Source: Prosthecobacter sp. (GTDB lineage Bacteria; Verrucomicrobiota; Verrucomicrobiia; Verrucomicrobiales; Verrucomicrobiaceae). From it: 24,000 nt of DNA. Position numbers and translations under genes: made by a program. A model generated the notes under the pieces. That model saw nothing but the letters and a program-made list of their open reading frames with translations. It was not told the DNA's origin and ran no database searches. Location: contig JABARQ010000004.1 of NCBI GenBank assembly GCA_019186985.1, positions 130,414 through 154,413 on the forward strand, written 5' to 3'. Positions 9,879 through 18,461 of the stretch are shown piece after piece (the first letter of the stretch is position 1; each line of letters begins with the position of its first letter).

Positions 9879-12619
9879 ACGCGGGCCCTTGCATCGCCCG
9901 GCTGAGCGGCATCTCGCTGCGCCGCGGCAAGACGCTCGCGCTGGACGGAGTGAACCTGGAGTTTCCCGCAGGCCGCATGCTCGGACTCATCGGTCCGGAT
10001 GGCGTGGGCAAGTCGAGTTTGCTGGCGCTGATCTCCGGGGCGCACGCGATTCAGCAAGGCGAAGTCGAAGTGCTCGGCGGCTTGATGCGGGAAAAGCGGC
10101 ACCGGGAGACGGCTTGCCCGCGCATCGCCTACATGCCGCAGGGTTTGGGGAAGAACCTCTATCCGGCGCTTTCCGTGGAGGAGAATCTGCAATTCTTCGG
10201 TCGGCTTTTCGGACACGATCGCAGCGAACGCCGCCGCCGCATCGACGCGCTGACTTCCACGACGGGACTGAAGCCATTTCTCGACCGCCCGGCAGGCAAA
10301 CTCTCCGGCGGCATGAGGCAGAAGCTCGGCTTGTGCTGCGCGCTGATTCACGACCCGGATTTGCTCATCCTCGACGAGCCGACCACCGGCGTGGACCCGC
10401 TGTCGCGCAGGCAGTTCTGGCGCTTGATCGAAGACATCCGTCAACAGCGGCCGGGAATGAGCGTCATCGTCGCGACGGCTTACATGGAAGAGGCCAACCG
10501 TTTCGATTGGCTCGTGGCCATGGACGCCGGAAAGGTGCTGGCGACGGGGGCGCCGGCGGAACTGCGCGAGCGCGCCGGCGCGAAGACCTTGGAAGAAGCC
10601 TTCATCGCTCTGCTGCCGGAGGAAAAGAAGAGGGATTATCAGCCCGTCGAAATCATGCCCTTTCAGCCCGAAAGCGCCGAGGAGATCGCGATCGAGGCCC
10701 GCCACCTGACCAAGCGATTTGGCGGCTTCGTGGCGGTGGATCACGTCGATTTCCGCATTCGACGCGGCGAAATCTTCGGCTTTCTCGGCTCGAATGGCTG
10801 CGGAAAAACGACGACGATGAAAATGCTGACCGGACTGCTCCCGGCGAGCGAAGGGGAGGCATGGCTCTTCGACCGGGCAGTCGATCCGCGCGACATCGGC
10901 ACGCGGCGGCGTGTCGGCTACATGTCGCAATCCTTCTCCCTCTACACGGAGCTGACGGTCGAACAGAATCTCCTCCTGCACGCGCGGCTGTTCCATGTTC
11001 CCAAGGCAGATATTGCCGCTCGCGTGCTGGAAATGGCGGAGCGTTTCGGCCTCGCCGATGTGCTTTCGGCGCTGCCCGACAGCCTGCCGCTGGGAATTCG
11101 GCAGCGCTTGTCGCTCGCGGTCGCCATGGTCCACAAGCCCGAGCTGCTGATCCTGGATGAACCGACCTCGGGCGTTGATCCCATCGCGCGCGACAGTTTC
11201 TGGCGGCTGATGATCGACCTCGCCCGGCGGGATCGCGTGACGATTTTCATCTCCACGCATTTCATGAATGAAGCGGAGCGATGTGATCGCATCTCGCTCA
11301 TGCATGCGGGAAAGGTGCTGGTGAGCGATAGTCCGGCGGAACTCGTGCGCAAACGTGACGCAGTGGATCTCGAAAGCGCTTTCATTTCCTATTTGCGCGA
11401 AGCTGAGCAGGACGGCGCTTCGCCACAAACACGGGAAGAAGCGAACAAGCCCGGACCCATTCCGGTTTCGGCAACGCCGGCTCCAGTCCGGCGAAGTTTC
11501 AGTCTGCGGCGTTGCCTCAGCTACATGTGGCGCGAGGCGCTGGAATTGCGCCGCGACCCCGTGCGCGGAACCCTGGCGCTGCTCGGCTCGGCCATTCTCA
11601 TGTTCATCATGGGCTACGGCATCACCATGGACGTCGAAGACCTGACCTACGCGGTGCTCGATTTCGATCAAACCACGCTGAGCCAGAACTATGCGCTCAA
11701 TCTTTCCGGCTCCCGCTATTTCACCGAGCATCCGCCGATCACGAGTTACGAGGAAATGGACCGGCGCATGCGTTCCGGCGAACTGGCGCTGGCCGTCGAA
11801 CTCCCGCCCGGCTTCGCGCGCGACCTCCAGCGCGGCGCGCCCGTCCAGATTGGCGCCTGGGTGGACGGCGCCATGCCCCAGCGGGCCGAGACCATCGTCG
11901 GTTATGTGCAAGGCATGCACCAGGGCTGGCTCGGCGACATGGCAAAACGGCGGCTCGGCCAGACGCTGACCTACCCGAGCGCGATCGAAGTCCGCTTTCG
12001 TTACAATCCCGACGTGCGGAGCCTGCCGGCGATGGTGCCCGCGGTGATCCCCATTCTCTTGCTCATGATTCCGGCCATGCTCAGCTCCCTCACCGTCGTG
12101 CGGGAAAAGGAACTCGGCTCGATCATCAATCTTTACGTTACTCCGGTCACCCGCACCGAGTTCCTGTTGGGAAAGCTGCTGCCCTATCTGGCTCTTGGCT
12201 TGATCAACTTTCTGATCCTCACGCTCTTGGCGATCACGGTTTTCGGCGTTCCGATGACCGGAAGTTTTCCGACGCTATTCGCGGCCGCGTTCATCTACCT
12301 CATCAGTGCCACCGGTATCGGCCTGGTGGCCGCGATCTTCACCCGCAGCCAGATTGCCGCGATGTTCGCGACGATGGTCGGCACGATGCTGCCAGCCATC
12401 CAGTTCGCGGGCATGATCAACCCCATCTCCTCGCTGGAAGGAGCCGGGGCATTCATCGGCCGTGTTTTTCCCACGACCTACTTTCTGCTCATCAGCCGTG
12501 GCGTCTTCAACAAGGCGCTTGGGTTTTTCGACCTGGGCGCGGCCTTTGTGCCGCTCCTGCTGGCCATTCCCGTCATCCTCGGCCTTGCCATCGCCCTGCT
12601 GAAAAAGCAGGAAACCTGA
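9875..12619 (+). CDS. Fused double ABC ATPase + ABC-2 permease (E. coli RbbA/YhiH-like)
   Basis: Start at [15 protein letters not shown]. Two NBDs are present: Walker [10 protein letters not shown] with signature LSGGMRQKL, and GSNGCGKTT with LPLGIRQRL. The C-terminus has ABC-2 type TM helices. About 914 aa, the same architecture and synteny as E. coli yhiI-rbbA-yhhJ. Confidence 0.9.
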   Translation: MNAGPCIARLSGISLRRGKTLALDGVNLEFPAGRMLGLIGPDGVGKSSLLALISGAHAIQQGEVEVLGGLMREKRHRETACPRIAYMPQGLGKNLYPALSVEENLQFFGRLFGHDRSERRRRIDALTSTTGLKPFLDRPAGKLSGGMRQKLGLCCALIHDPDLLILDEPTTGVDPLSRRQFWRLIEDIRQQRPGMSVIVATAYMEEANRFDWLVAMDAGKVLATGAPAELRERAGAKTLEEAFIALLPEEKKRDYQPVEIMPFQPESAEEIAIEARHLTKRFGGFVAVDHVDFRIRRGEIFGFLGSNGCGKTTTMKMLTGLLPASEGEAWLFDRAVDPRDIGTRRRVGYMSQSFSLYTELTVEQNLLLHARLFHVPKADIAARVLEMAERFGLADVLSALPDSLPLGIRQRLSLAVAMVHKPELLILDEPTSGVDPIARDSFWRLMIDLARRDRVTIFISTHFMNEAERCDRISLMHAGKVLVSDSPAELVRKRDAVDLESAFISYLREAEQDGASPQTREEANKPGPIPVSATPAPVRRSFSLRRCLSYMWREALELRRDPVRGTLALLGSAILMFIMGYGITMDVEDLTYAVLDFDQTTLSQNYALNLSGSRYFTEHPPITSYEEMDRRMRSGELALAVELPPGFARDLQRGAPVQIGAWVDGAMPQRAETIVGYVQGMHQGWLGDMAKRRLGQTLTYPSAIEVRFRYNPDVRSLPAMVPAVIPILLLMIPAMLSSLTVVREKELGSIINLYVTPVTRTEFLLGKLLPYLALGLINFLILTLLAITVFGVPMTGSFPTLFAAAFIYLISATGIGLVAAIFTRSQIAAMFATMVGTMLPAIQFAGMINPISSLEGAGAFIGRVFPTTYFLLISRGVFNKALGFFDLGAAFVPLLLAIPVILGLAIALLKKQET

Positions 12620-12622
12620 ACC

Positions 12623-13750
12623 ATGCTGCGCCGTCTCGCCAATATCTACCGCCTTGGAATCAAGGAGCTATGGAGCCTGGCACGCGATCCGTTCATGCTT
12701 GTGCTCATCGTCTATGCCTTCACAGTTGCGATCTATGTCGCCGCGACGGCAATGCCTGAGACGCTGCACAAGGCTCCCATCGCGATCGTGGACGAAGATG
12801 GCTCACCGCTCTCCGCGAGAATCACCTCCGCTTTCTATCCGCCGAACTTCCAGACGCCCATCCTGATCTCGCTCCGGGAATTGGACCCCGGCATGGACGA
12901 AGGCCGCTACACCTTCGCGCTCGACATACCCCCGGATTTTCAGCGCGACGTTCTCGCCGGTCGTTCACCGGCCATCCAGCTCAACGTGGATGCCACTCGA
13001 ATGAGCCAGGCATTCGCGGGGAGCGGCGATGTCCAGCAGATCGTGACCGGAGAAGTGAGCGATTTCGTCCGCCGCTACCGGGGCGGCACGGACGTGCCCG
13101 TGCAAATCACGGTGCGTAATCGCTTCAATCCCAATCTCGAGCGAAGTTGGTTCGGCTCGATCACGGAGATCATCAACAATGTCACCATGCTGTCGATTTT
13201 GCTCACCGGCGCCGCGCTCATTCGCGAGCGCGAGCATGGCACGGTCGAACACCTGCTCGTGATGCCCGTCACCCCCGGCGAAATCATGCTGGCGAAGGTC
13301 TGGTCCATGGCCGTCGTCGTGCTCCTGGCCACCACGATTTCATTGCTGGTCATCGTCCAAGGCGCGCTCAGCGTGCCGATTGAAGGTTCCATCCCGCTGT
13401 TCCTTGCGGGTGCCGCCTTGAATCTCTTCGCCACCACGTCACTGGGCATCTTCCTCGCGACGATCGCGCGCAGCATGCCGCAATTTGGCATGTTGCTCAT
13501 CCTCGTCCTGCTGCCCCTGCAAATGCTCTCCGGCGGCATGACGCCGCGCGAGAGCATGCCCCAATTCGTGCAGGACATCATGCTCGCCTCGCCCACCACT
13601 CACTTCGTCCAACTCGCCCAAGCCATTCTCTATCGTGGTGCCGGATTCGACGTTGTCTGGAAGCCATTTCTCATCCTGCTCATTCTCGGCGCGATCTTCT
13701 TCGCCCTCGCCCTCGGACGCTTCCGGAGGACCATCGGCCAGATGGTGTGA
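12623..13750 (+). CDS. ABC-2 family permease (E. coli YhhJ-like)
   Basis: 375 aa. An N-terminal TM is followed by a large loop, then 5 C-terminal TM helices, homologous to the permease half of the preceding gene. It starts 3 nt after the preceding stop. Confidence 0.9.
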   Translation: MLRRLANIYRLGIKELWSLARDPFMLVLIVYAFTVAIYVAATAMPETLHKAPIAIVDEDGSPLSARITSAFYPPNFQTPILISLRELDPGMDEGRYTFALDIPPDFQRDVLAGRSPAIQLNVDATRMSQAFAGSGDVQQIVTGEVSDFVRRYRGGTDVPVQITVRNRFNPNLERSWFGSITEIINNVTMLSILLTGAALIREREHGTVEHLLVMPVTPGEIMLAKVWSMAVVVLLATTISLLVIVQGALSVPIEGSIPLFLAGAALNLFATTSLGIFLATIARSMPQFGMLLILVLLPLQMLSGGMTPRESMPQFVQDIMLASPTTHFVQLAQAILYRGAGFDVVWKPFLILLILGAIFFALALGRFRRTIGQMV

Positions 13751-13803
13751 CGAAACCTGCACATTTCCCAGCCTGGCTCGTGTTCGATGACTTTGGCATC
13801 TAG

Positions 13804-13890
13804 ACATTACTCACACCCGGCCCGGGGCGCTTATTCGCATTCCGCATCGCCACCGTGCCTCTTATCAAGGCACTCGGCGGCGGGTGGTGA
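13804..13890 (+). pseudogene. Remnant of an OMF gene 3' end
   Basis: The frame ending at TGA 13888-13890 reads ...FRIATVPLIKALGGGW-stop. The intact OMF ends ...RHLATVRLIKALGGGW-stop at 8785. There is no upstream OMF coding sequence, and an in-frame TAG sits at 13801-13803. Confidence 0.7.
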
Positions 13891-13897
13891 GTGATTG
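13847..13897 (+). repeat. Direct repeat copy B (OMF gene 3' end plus 7 nt)
   Basis: See 8742-8792; 45/51 identical. Confidence 0.8.
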
Positions 13898-13970
13898 CTC
13901 CCATGCGGGGATTAGGATTGATGGCAACTGCCCTCATCAGTTCACATGGGCATTTTCCGGCACCGCTCAA

Positions 13971-14063
13971 CTGCTCGACACACAGTCCCCCAAGTATGCA
14001 CCCTTGGCAAAGCTGCGCCCCTTCGACGAAAAGCATCCCGACACGCTCGCTCACCCCGCCATT
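13971..14063 (+). repeat. Direct repeat copy B (3' end of the propeller gene)
   Basis: See 2030-2122; 92/93 identical. Confidence 0.95.
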
Positions 14064-14126
14064 TCAGGAGGCAGACTCTATCTGCGCTCCGCGAAGGTGC
14101 TGGGATGTTTCGGTCTGGCGGAGTAA
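13971..14126 (+). pseudogene. Displaced or duplicated 3' end of the PQQ-propeller gene
   Basis: Encodes LLDTQSPKYAPLAKLRPFDEKHPDTLAHPAISGGRLYLRSAKVLGCFGLAE-stop. The intact gene ends LLDTQSPKYAPLAKLRPFDEKHPNTLAHPAIANGRLFLRSGKAVACFILE-stop. The tracked ORF 13884..14126 adds 29 unrelated N-terminal residues. Confidence 0.75.
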
Positions 14127-14186
14127 AACCGAGTCCACGGCTTTTTCCTGTTAAGGCCGCGCCCAGTGCGGACGGCTCACGGGTGC

Positions 14187-14336
14187 ATGAAAACTTCCAC
14201 ACCCTCACCGCCCGCCTGTTCCAGCAAAGAATCCTGCGGCCCGTGCTCACGCGGCCTGTGCCCAGGCACCATCCTGCTTGCCGTCGTCCTGATCGTGCAG
14301 GGCGGCATCGCGCTGTGGCGCTGGCTTGTTGGCTGA
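14187..14336 (+). CDS. Small Cys-rich single-pass membrane peptide (49 aa), below the ORF-track size cutoff
   Basis: MKTSTPSPPACSSKESCGPCSRGLCPGTILLAVVLIVQGGIALWRWLVG-stop. It has a C-x6-C-x2-C-x4-C head, then one hydrophobic helix. Third codon positions are mostly G/C, like neighbouring genes. Confidence 0.45.
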   Translation: MKTSTPSPPACSSKESCGPCSRGLCPGTILLAVVLIVQGGIALWRWLVG

Positions 14337-14354
14337 ACCTTCACTCTTATCGCA

Positions 14355-14504
14355 ATGATCAAATCCTTCTTCGCCCGCCATGGCGGCGTCATCCTCATCG
14401 TCGTCGGCATCATCGCCTACGTCAGCATCTCCGGCATGTTCGGCGCGTGCCCGGCCTGCCGCGTCATCACCAAGTCCGTGGGCCTGCCCGAACTCGGAAA
14501 ATAA
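14355..14504 (+). CDS. Small membrane peptide with a CPAC motif (49 aa), loosely DUF2892/YgaP-TM-like, below the ORF-track size cutoff
   Basis: MIKSFFARHGGVILIVVGIIAYVSISGMFGACPACRVITKSVGLPELGK-stop. Nearly every codon ends in G/C (atc ctc gtc ggc ...), matching local coding bias. It ends 8 nt before the DinB-fold gene. Confidence 0.55.
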   Translation: MIKSFFARHGGVILIVVGIIAYVSISGMFGACPACRVITKSVGLPELGK

Positions 14505-14512
14505 GCCCGCCC

Positions 14513-15070
14513 ATGCCCGAAGCCAACGCCTGCCCCTACTCCGAGTGTTTGTTCGATGAAAACGCCGCCCTGCTGGAGCGCACTGCCGCGCTGCTGGAGG
14601 ACCTGGAGCCGGATGCCTATGCCACCGTGGATGCGCGATGTCTCGGGGGCAGCATCGGCGGCCACACGCGGCATTGCGTGGAGTTTTACCAGTGCTTTCT
14701 GGCCGGGCTGGAGTCTGGCCGCATTGACTACGATGCGCGTGCCAGGGATGTGCGGATCGAAAACGAGGTCGCTCATGCGGTCGCGGCCTTGCGACATATC
14801 GCGGAGGAGATTCGGGACGCTTCCGCCAGACAGGACACGATGCACCTGCTGCGCGTGATCGAAAACCACACGGGTAGCGATACGGACTGGTCCGCCACGA
14901 GCGTGGGCCGTGAGCTGCGCTTTCTGCTCAGCCACACAGTGCATCACTGCGCCCTCATCGCCATCCTGCTGCGCCTGCGGGGACGCACGGTGCCGGAGGG
15001 CTTTGGCACCGCGCCGTCCACCCTGCGGCATCGAGCCGCGCAAAAAGCCAGCTCCTCATGTGCAGCGTGA
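14513..15070 (+). CDS. DinB-fold (DinB_2-like) metal-dependent protein
   Basis: Start at MPEANACPYSE. The tracked ORF 13946..15070 has a 5' extension that overlaps the two small ORFs and the remnant region. His-rich helix motifs are present: IGGHTRHCVEFY ... LSHTVHHCALIAILLR. It overlaps the next gene by 13 nt. Confidence 0.7.
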   Translation: MPEANACPYSECLFDENAALLERTAALLEDLEPDAYATVDARCLGGSIGGHTRHCVEFYQCFLAGLESGRIDYDARARDVRIENEVAHAVAALRHIAEEIRDASARQDTMHLLRVIENHTGSDTDWSATSVGRELRFLLSHTVHHCALIAILLRLRGRTVPEGFGTAPSTLRHRAAQKASSSCAA

Positions 15071-15801
15071 CGTGGACCCATCCACGGCCCGGTGAGCTGG
15101 TGCTGTGCTTCAATCGCGATGAAAAGCACACGCGTCCCGCCGGTCTGCCGCCGTGCGTGTGGGACGCGGGCGGCTTCCTCGCTCCGCGTGATGCCTCCGG
15201 CGGCGGCACCTGGCTGGCCGTGCGGCGAGATGGTGCGGTGATGGCACTGCTGAATCATTACCCGGCGGGCTTCACGCCTGCCATGTCATCTCCCACCCGT
15301 GGACTGCTGATCCCTGCGCTATCGGCCACGGATGAAAAGATCACTTCCGCTCTTCTGCATCAGCACATCTCCGCTGGCATAAATCCTTTCCGCCTGCTGT
15401 GCCTGATGCCACAGGAGCAGAGCGCGGTGGTTTTTACCTGGGACGGCACGAGCCTGATGCGGAGGCGTCTCGCACCGCGCACCATCGGAATGCTCACCAG
15501 CTCCTCTTGGAACACAGCCGCCGTGGTGACCTCGCGTCATGCCATCTTTCGCCGATGGCTAAAGACGCATGCACATCCAACGCTGACCGAGCTGGAGGCT
15601 TTTCACCGTGAGACGCGGCATATCCATGGGCCTGCATGGGCCGTCTGCATGAGCCGTGACGACGCCCGCACGGTGAGCCTCGACACGCTGCACCTCCATG
15701 AGGGCCGCTCCTTCATGGCTCATCATCCACGTCCGCAGGGCGTGACCGGCTTTGTTCACGAAACGCATCGTGCGGAGATGCGCCTCACTTTGACCTCATG
15801 A
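15058..15801 (+). CDS. NRDE-family protein (bacterial TANGO2 homologue)
   Basis: N-terminal MC... followed by LVLCFNRDEKHTRP (the family-defining NRDE motif); 247 aa. Its stop overlaps the next start (ATGA at 15798-15801). Confidence 0.8.
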   Translation: MCSVTWTHPRPGELVLCFNRDEKHTRPAGLPPCVWDAGGFLAPRDASGGGTWLAVRRDGAVMALLNHYPAGFTPAMSSPTRGLLIPALSATDEKITSALLHQHISAGINPFRLLCLMPQEQSAVVFTWDGTSLMRRRLAPRTIGMLTSSSWNTAAVVTSRHAIFRRWLKTHAHPTLTELEAFHRETRHIHGPAWAVCMSRDDARTVSLDTLHLHEGRSFMAHHPRPQGVTGFVHETHRAEMRLTLTS

Positions 15802-17546
15802 ACTCCCCGCGTCTCTTCATCGACAGCGCCACGCTGCTGCCTCGCGGCCTGCCGCGACTCTTATATAGTGCAATACGCCCGCTTGTGGAGCGTGCCTGTG
15901 GCTTCAAGGCGATGAATGACCTCTACGCACGCCTGCAATGCCCCGGCATGACCGCGCCGAGCTTTTGCGAGGAGGCGCTGCGTTCCCTCGATGCCCGCGT
16001 GGAGTGGCCCGATGATACCACGCTGGCTCCGCTGCGTGAATGGCAGGGACCGCTCGTGCTCATGGCAAACCATCCCTTCGGCGGCGTCGAGGCACTGGCG
16101 CTCATGCAGTTGATGGAACGGCTGCGCCCCGGCAAATGGCGGCTCTTTGCCAACAGCCTCCTCGCCAGCGTTCCGGAACTCGCGCCGCATCTCATCGCGC
16201 TCGATCCGCTCGGCCAGTCGCGCGCGGTGAATCATCGAGGCCTCGCCGAGGCACGGCGCTGGCTCGACACTGGCGGGCTGCTCGGCGTCTTCCCCGCCGG
16301 ACGCGTGGCGGGATGGCACGCGGAGCACGCGCAGGTGCTCGACCTGCCCTGGAGCGATCAATTCGCCCGGCTCGCCGCCTCCGCTCACGCCGCCGTGGCG
16401 CTGCTGCATGTGCCCGGAACGAACAGCAGCCTCTTCCTCCGCGTGCCGCTACGGTGGCCGCGTCTGCGTGCCCTCTTTTTACCGCATGAAATGATGCGCC
16501 AGTCAAAGCCCATCGTCCGCTTTCACATAGGCCCGCTCATGGAGCCCGCGCTCGTCAGCCAGCTCACGCGTCCCGGCCATGCCGGGGCCAAGCTCCGCGC
16601 CCGCTGCCATCTCCTCGCTGAAATCCAGCCCGTGTCCACTGCCACGCCGATGAGCAAACCGCCCGACATCGCCCCCACAGGAGCACCGTCCGCGATGCAA
16701 GCGGAGGTGGAACATCTCACCGCTGGTGAAGGCCATCTTTTCACTCAAGGACGCTTCACCGCTCTGCTGTGGCAGCGGCACGAGGCCCCGCAGCTTTTTC
16801 ACGAACTCTCCCGCCTGCGCGAGATCACCTTCCGCGCCTCAGGCCAGGGCGGCGGCAGCAGCGCGGACATCACACGCGAAGATGACTACTACCATCAACT
16901 CGTGCTCTGGGACCAGGAGCAGCAGCGCCTCGTCGGAGCCTATCGTCTCGGCATCACGAAGGAGGTTTTGGCCCAGCGCGGCCAGCAGGCTCTGTATCTA
17001 AATCGTGTGTTTCACATCCAGCCCGCCTTCCTGGAGCAAATTGGCCCAGCCATCGAACTCACGCGCAGCTTCATCCATCCCGATTACCAAAAAGACCCGC
17101 TCGCCCTCTCCCATCTCTGGCGTGGCCTCGGCCAGGTCTGCGCCCGGCGCGGCATCCGCAGCCTCTTTGGCTCTGTCACCATCCCCGCATCGGTGAGCGA
17201 TGCCTCCCGCGCCATCATCGTCGAACATCTCCGCCGTCATCATCTGGAGGATGAATCCCTGCGCAGCCTCATCCAAGCCCGCAGCCCCTTTCAGCCACCG
17301 GGCACCGCCCATCAGCTCATCGCTGATGCACACGCTGGCGATTTCATCGAATCGCTGCGCGATACTATCCGTGCCCCCGACGGCACCCCGCGCAGCATTC
17401 CCCCACTCATCCGCCATTACCTCTCCATGAACGCTCGTTTCCTCGACTTCCATGTCGAACAAGAGTTCGGCAACGCGCTCTACTGCCTGTTGCGTGTGGA
17501 CCTTCAAAAAGCCCCCGCCACACATTTGCGTCGGTTTTTGAAATAG
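15798..17546 (+). CDS. Bifunctional acyltransferase, OlsF-like (PlsC-type O-acyltransferase N-domain + GNAT/OlsB-like N-acyltransferase C-domain)
   Basis: N-domain: LVLMANHPFGGVEALAL (NHx4-acidic block) and VFPAGRV (FPxG block). C-domain: ITFRASGQGGGSSADITREDDYYHQLVLWDQEQQRLVGAYRLG, typical of the OlsB/hemolysin-like GNAT (Acetyltransf_5) family. Confidence 0.75.
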   Translation: MNSPRLFIDSATLLPRGLPRLLYSAIRPLVERACGFKAMNDLYARLQCPGMTAPSFCEEALRSLDARVEWPDDTTLAPLREWQGPLVLMANHPFGGVEALALMQLMERLRPGKWRLFANSLLASVPELAPHLIALDPLGQSRAVNHRGLAEARRWLDTGGLLGVFPAGRVAGWHAEHAQVLDLPWSDQFARLAASAHAAVALLHVPGTNSSLFLRVPLRWPRLRALFLPHEMMRQSKPIVRFHIGPLMEPALVSQLTRPGHAGAKLRARCHLLAEIQPVSTATPMSKPPDIAPTGAPSAMQAEVEHLTAGEGHLFTQGRFTALLWQRHEAPQLFHELSRLREITFRASGQGGGSSADITREDDYYHQLVLWDQEQQRLVGAYRLGITKEVLAQRGQQALYLNRVFHIQPAFLEQIGPAIELTRSFIHPDYQKDPLALSHLWRGLGQVCARRGIRSLFGSVTIPASVSDASRAIIVEHLRRHHLEDESLRSLIQARSPFQPPGTAHQLIADAHAGDFIESLRDTIRAPDGTPRSIPPLIRHYLSMNARFLDFHVEQEFGNALYCLLRVDLQKAPATHLRRFLK

Positions 17547-17861
17547 GCAGCTTCGAATAACAATTATTTAGTTTGCGCAGGAAATCTATTCCCGAGCTCT
17601 CGTCTGTCCCTGGGTCGGGGCACCACCACGCAAATTCCATGCAAACGCAATTTTCGCACTTCCCACTTTTTTCATGCTCCAGGGGTGGCTGTGAGCCGCA
17701 GTGCCCTGCATGGAGCCGCCAGCACGCGCACAGAGGCGCATCCTGAGTTCTGTAGGATTCACCCAAATCAGTAAAGTTGCGACGCTGATTTTCCCATTTG
17801 CCTTGGCTTGTCGGTGTTGTGGCTGCTCCCGTGCCCTTCGTTTTGACGCACGGCCCGAGGC

Positions 17862-18461
17862 ATGACCGATCTGCCCGCCGTCCTCGCCCAGAAGCTCCTC
17901 CAGCACGACATCGCCAACCTCGTCCGCCGCGTTCAGCAGGGCCAACCACTCACCCCGGCTGAGCGCTCCATGCTCCAGGACATGGCGGCAGCTCCGGCGG
18001 CCCCTCCATCATCTCCCGCCTTGGTGGGCAGTTTTGTGGAGCTGGCGGCCGTCCTGCGCGTCACAAGGCGAACGATCCAGACCTGGCGGAAGCGCTCCGA
18101 TGCACCCAGGCCGACCGCCGCAGGCTTTCACGAGGTGGAGGCCTGGCGGGAGTTCATGCGCCAGGCGAGGCTTGCGGGCCAATGCAACCCGGAGGAGGCC
18201 GAACTGCGCCTGCGTCGGCTGCTGGCCGAGACCCAGGAGCGGGAGATGCGCCTTCAGGCTCGACGGGCGCTGTATGTATCGCGCGCCGAGGTGTGGGCGG
18301 AGTGGAGCCGAGTAAAGGCCCGCGTAACGAGGCTGCTGAGGGAGAAGTTTGAGCAGGAGCTTCCCGGCGTGCTGGTCGAGCTGGAGGCGGCCGAGATCCA
18401 GTCGGTGAACCAGAGGGCGATTGATGAAGTGTTGACCTGGCTCAGCCAGGGAGAGGCATAG
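17862..18461 (+). CDS. HTH + coiled-coil protein resembling Nu1-type terminase small subunits (function uncertain)
   Basis: FVELAAVLRVTRRTIQTWRKRSDAP...HEVEAWREFMRQ resembles the lambda Nu1 N-terminal wHTH (LADIFGASIRTIQNWQEQGMP...). It is followed by a charged coiled coil (EEAELRLRRLLAETQEREMRLQ). Convergent with the giant gene. Confidence 0.6.
   Translation: MTDLPAVLAQKLLQHDIANLVRRVQQGQPLTPAERSMLQDMAAAPAAPPSSPALVGSFVELAAVLRVTRRTIQTWRKRSDAPRPTAAGFHEVEAWREFMRQARLAGQCNPEEAELRLRRLLAETQEREMRLQARRALYVSRAEVWAEWSRVKARVTRLLREKFEQELPGVLVELEAAEIQSVNQRAIDEVLTWLSQGEA

Larger units (their letters stand above)
2123..13970. other. Putative inserted efflux island bounded by the 93-bp direct repeats (no recombinase gene inside)
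   Basis: Everything between the two repeat copies is efflux cargo: TetR-MFP-RND-OMF plus the HlyD/ABC/ABC-2 set. The second repeat copy continues into an alternative, diverged C-terminus of the propeller protein. Confidence 0.4.

Noticed and set aside
13921-13945. Possible third remnant: ATGGCAACTGCCCTCATCAG (MATALIS) resembling the HlyD gene start (MKKAIIA), with a similar upstream ggggaNNNNgattNatg
   Set aside because: The similarity is short and low. It could easily be chance, so it is mentioned only as a weak hint supporting the scar interpretation.
13946-14512. 5' extension of the DinB-fold ORF (tracked as 13946..15070, 374 aa)
   Set aside because: The extension crosses the propeller remnant and both small ORFs and is Arg/Pro-rich. 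DinB-fold homology starts near the ATG at 14513.
14513-17546. Interpreting the DinB/NRDE/acyltransferase cluster as a defence or toxin system
   Set aside because: There are no nuclease, NTPase, toxin-antitoxin or sensor motifs. The recognisable chemistry is lipid acyl transfer.
17600-17635. tRNA-like 3' end (…gggtcggggcaccacca…) at the possible left border of the mobile element
   Set aside because: I could not fold a T-arm or cloverleaf on either strand, and there is no GTTCGAATC-type loop. It is probably coincidental, so no tRNA is called.
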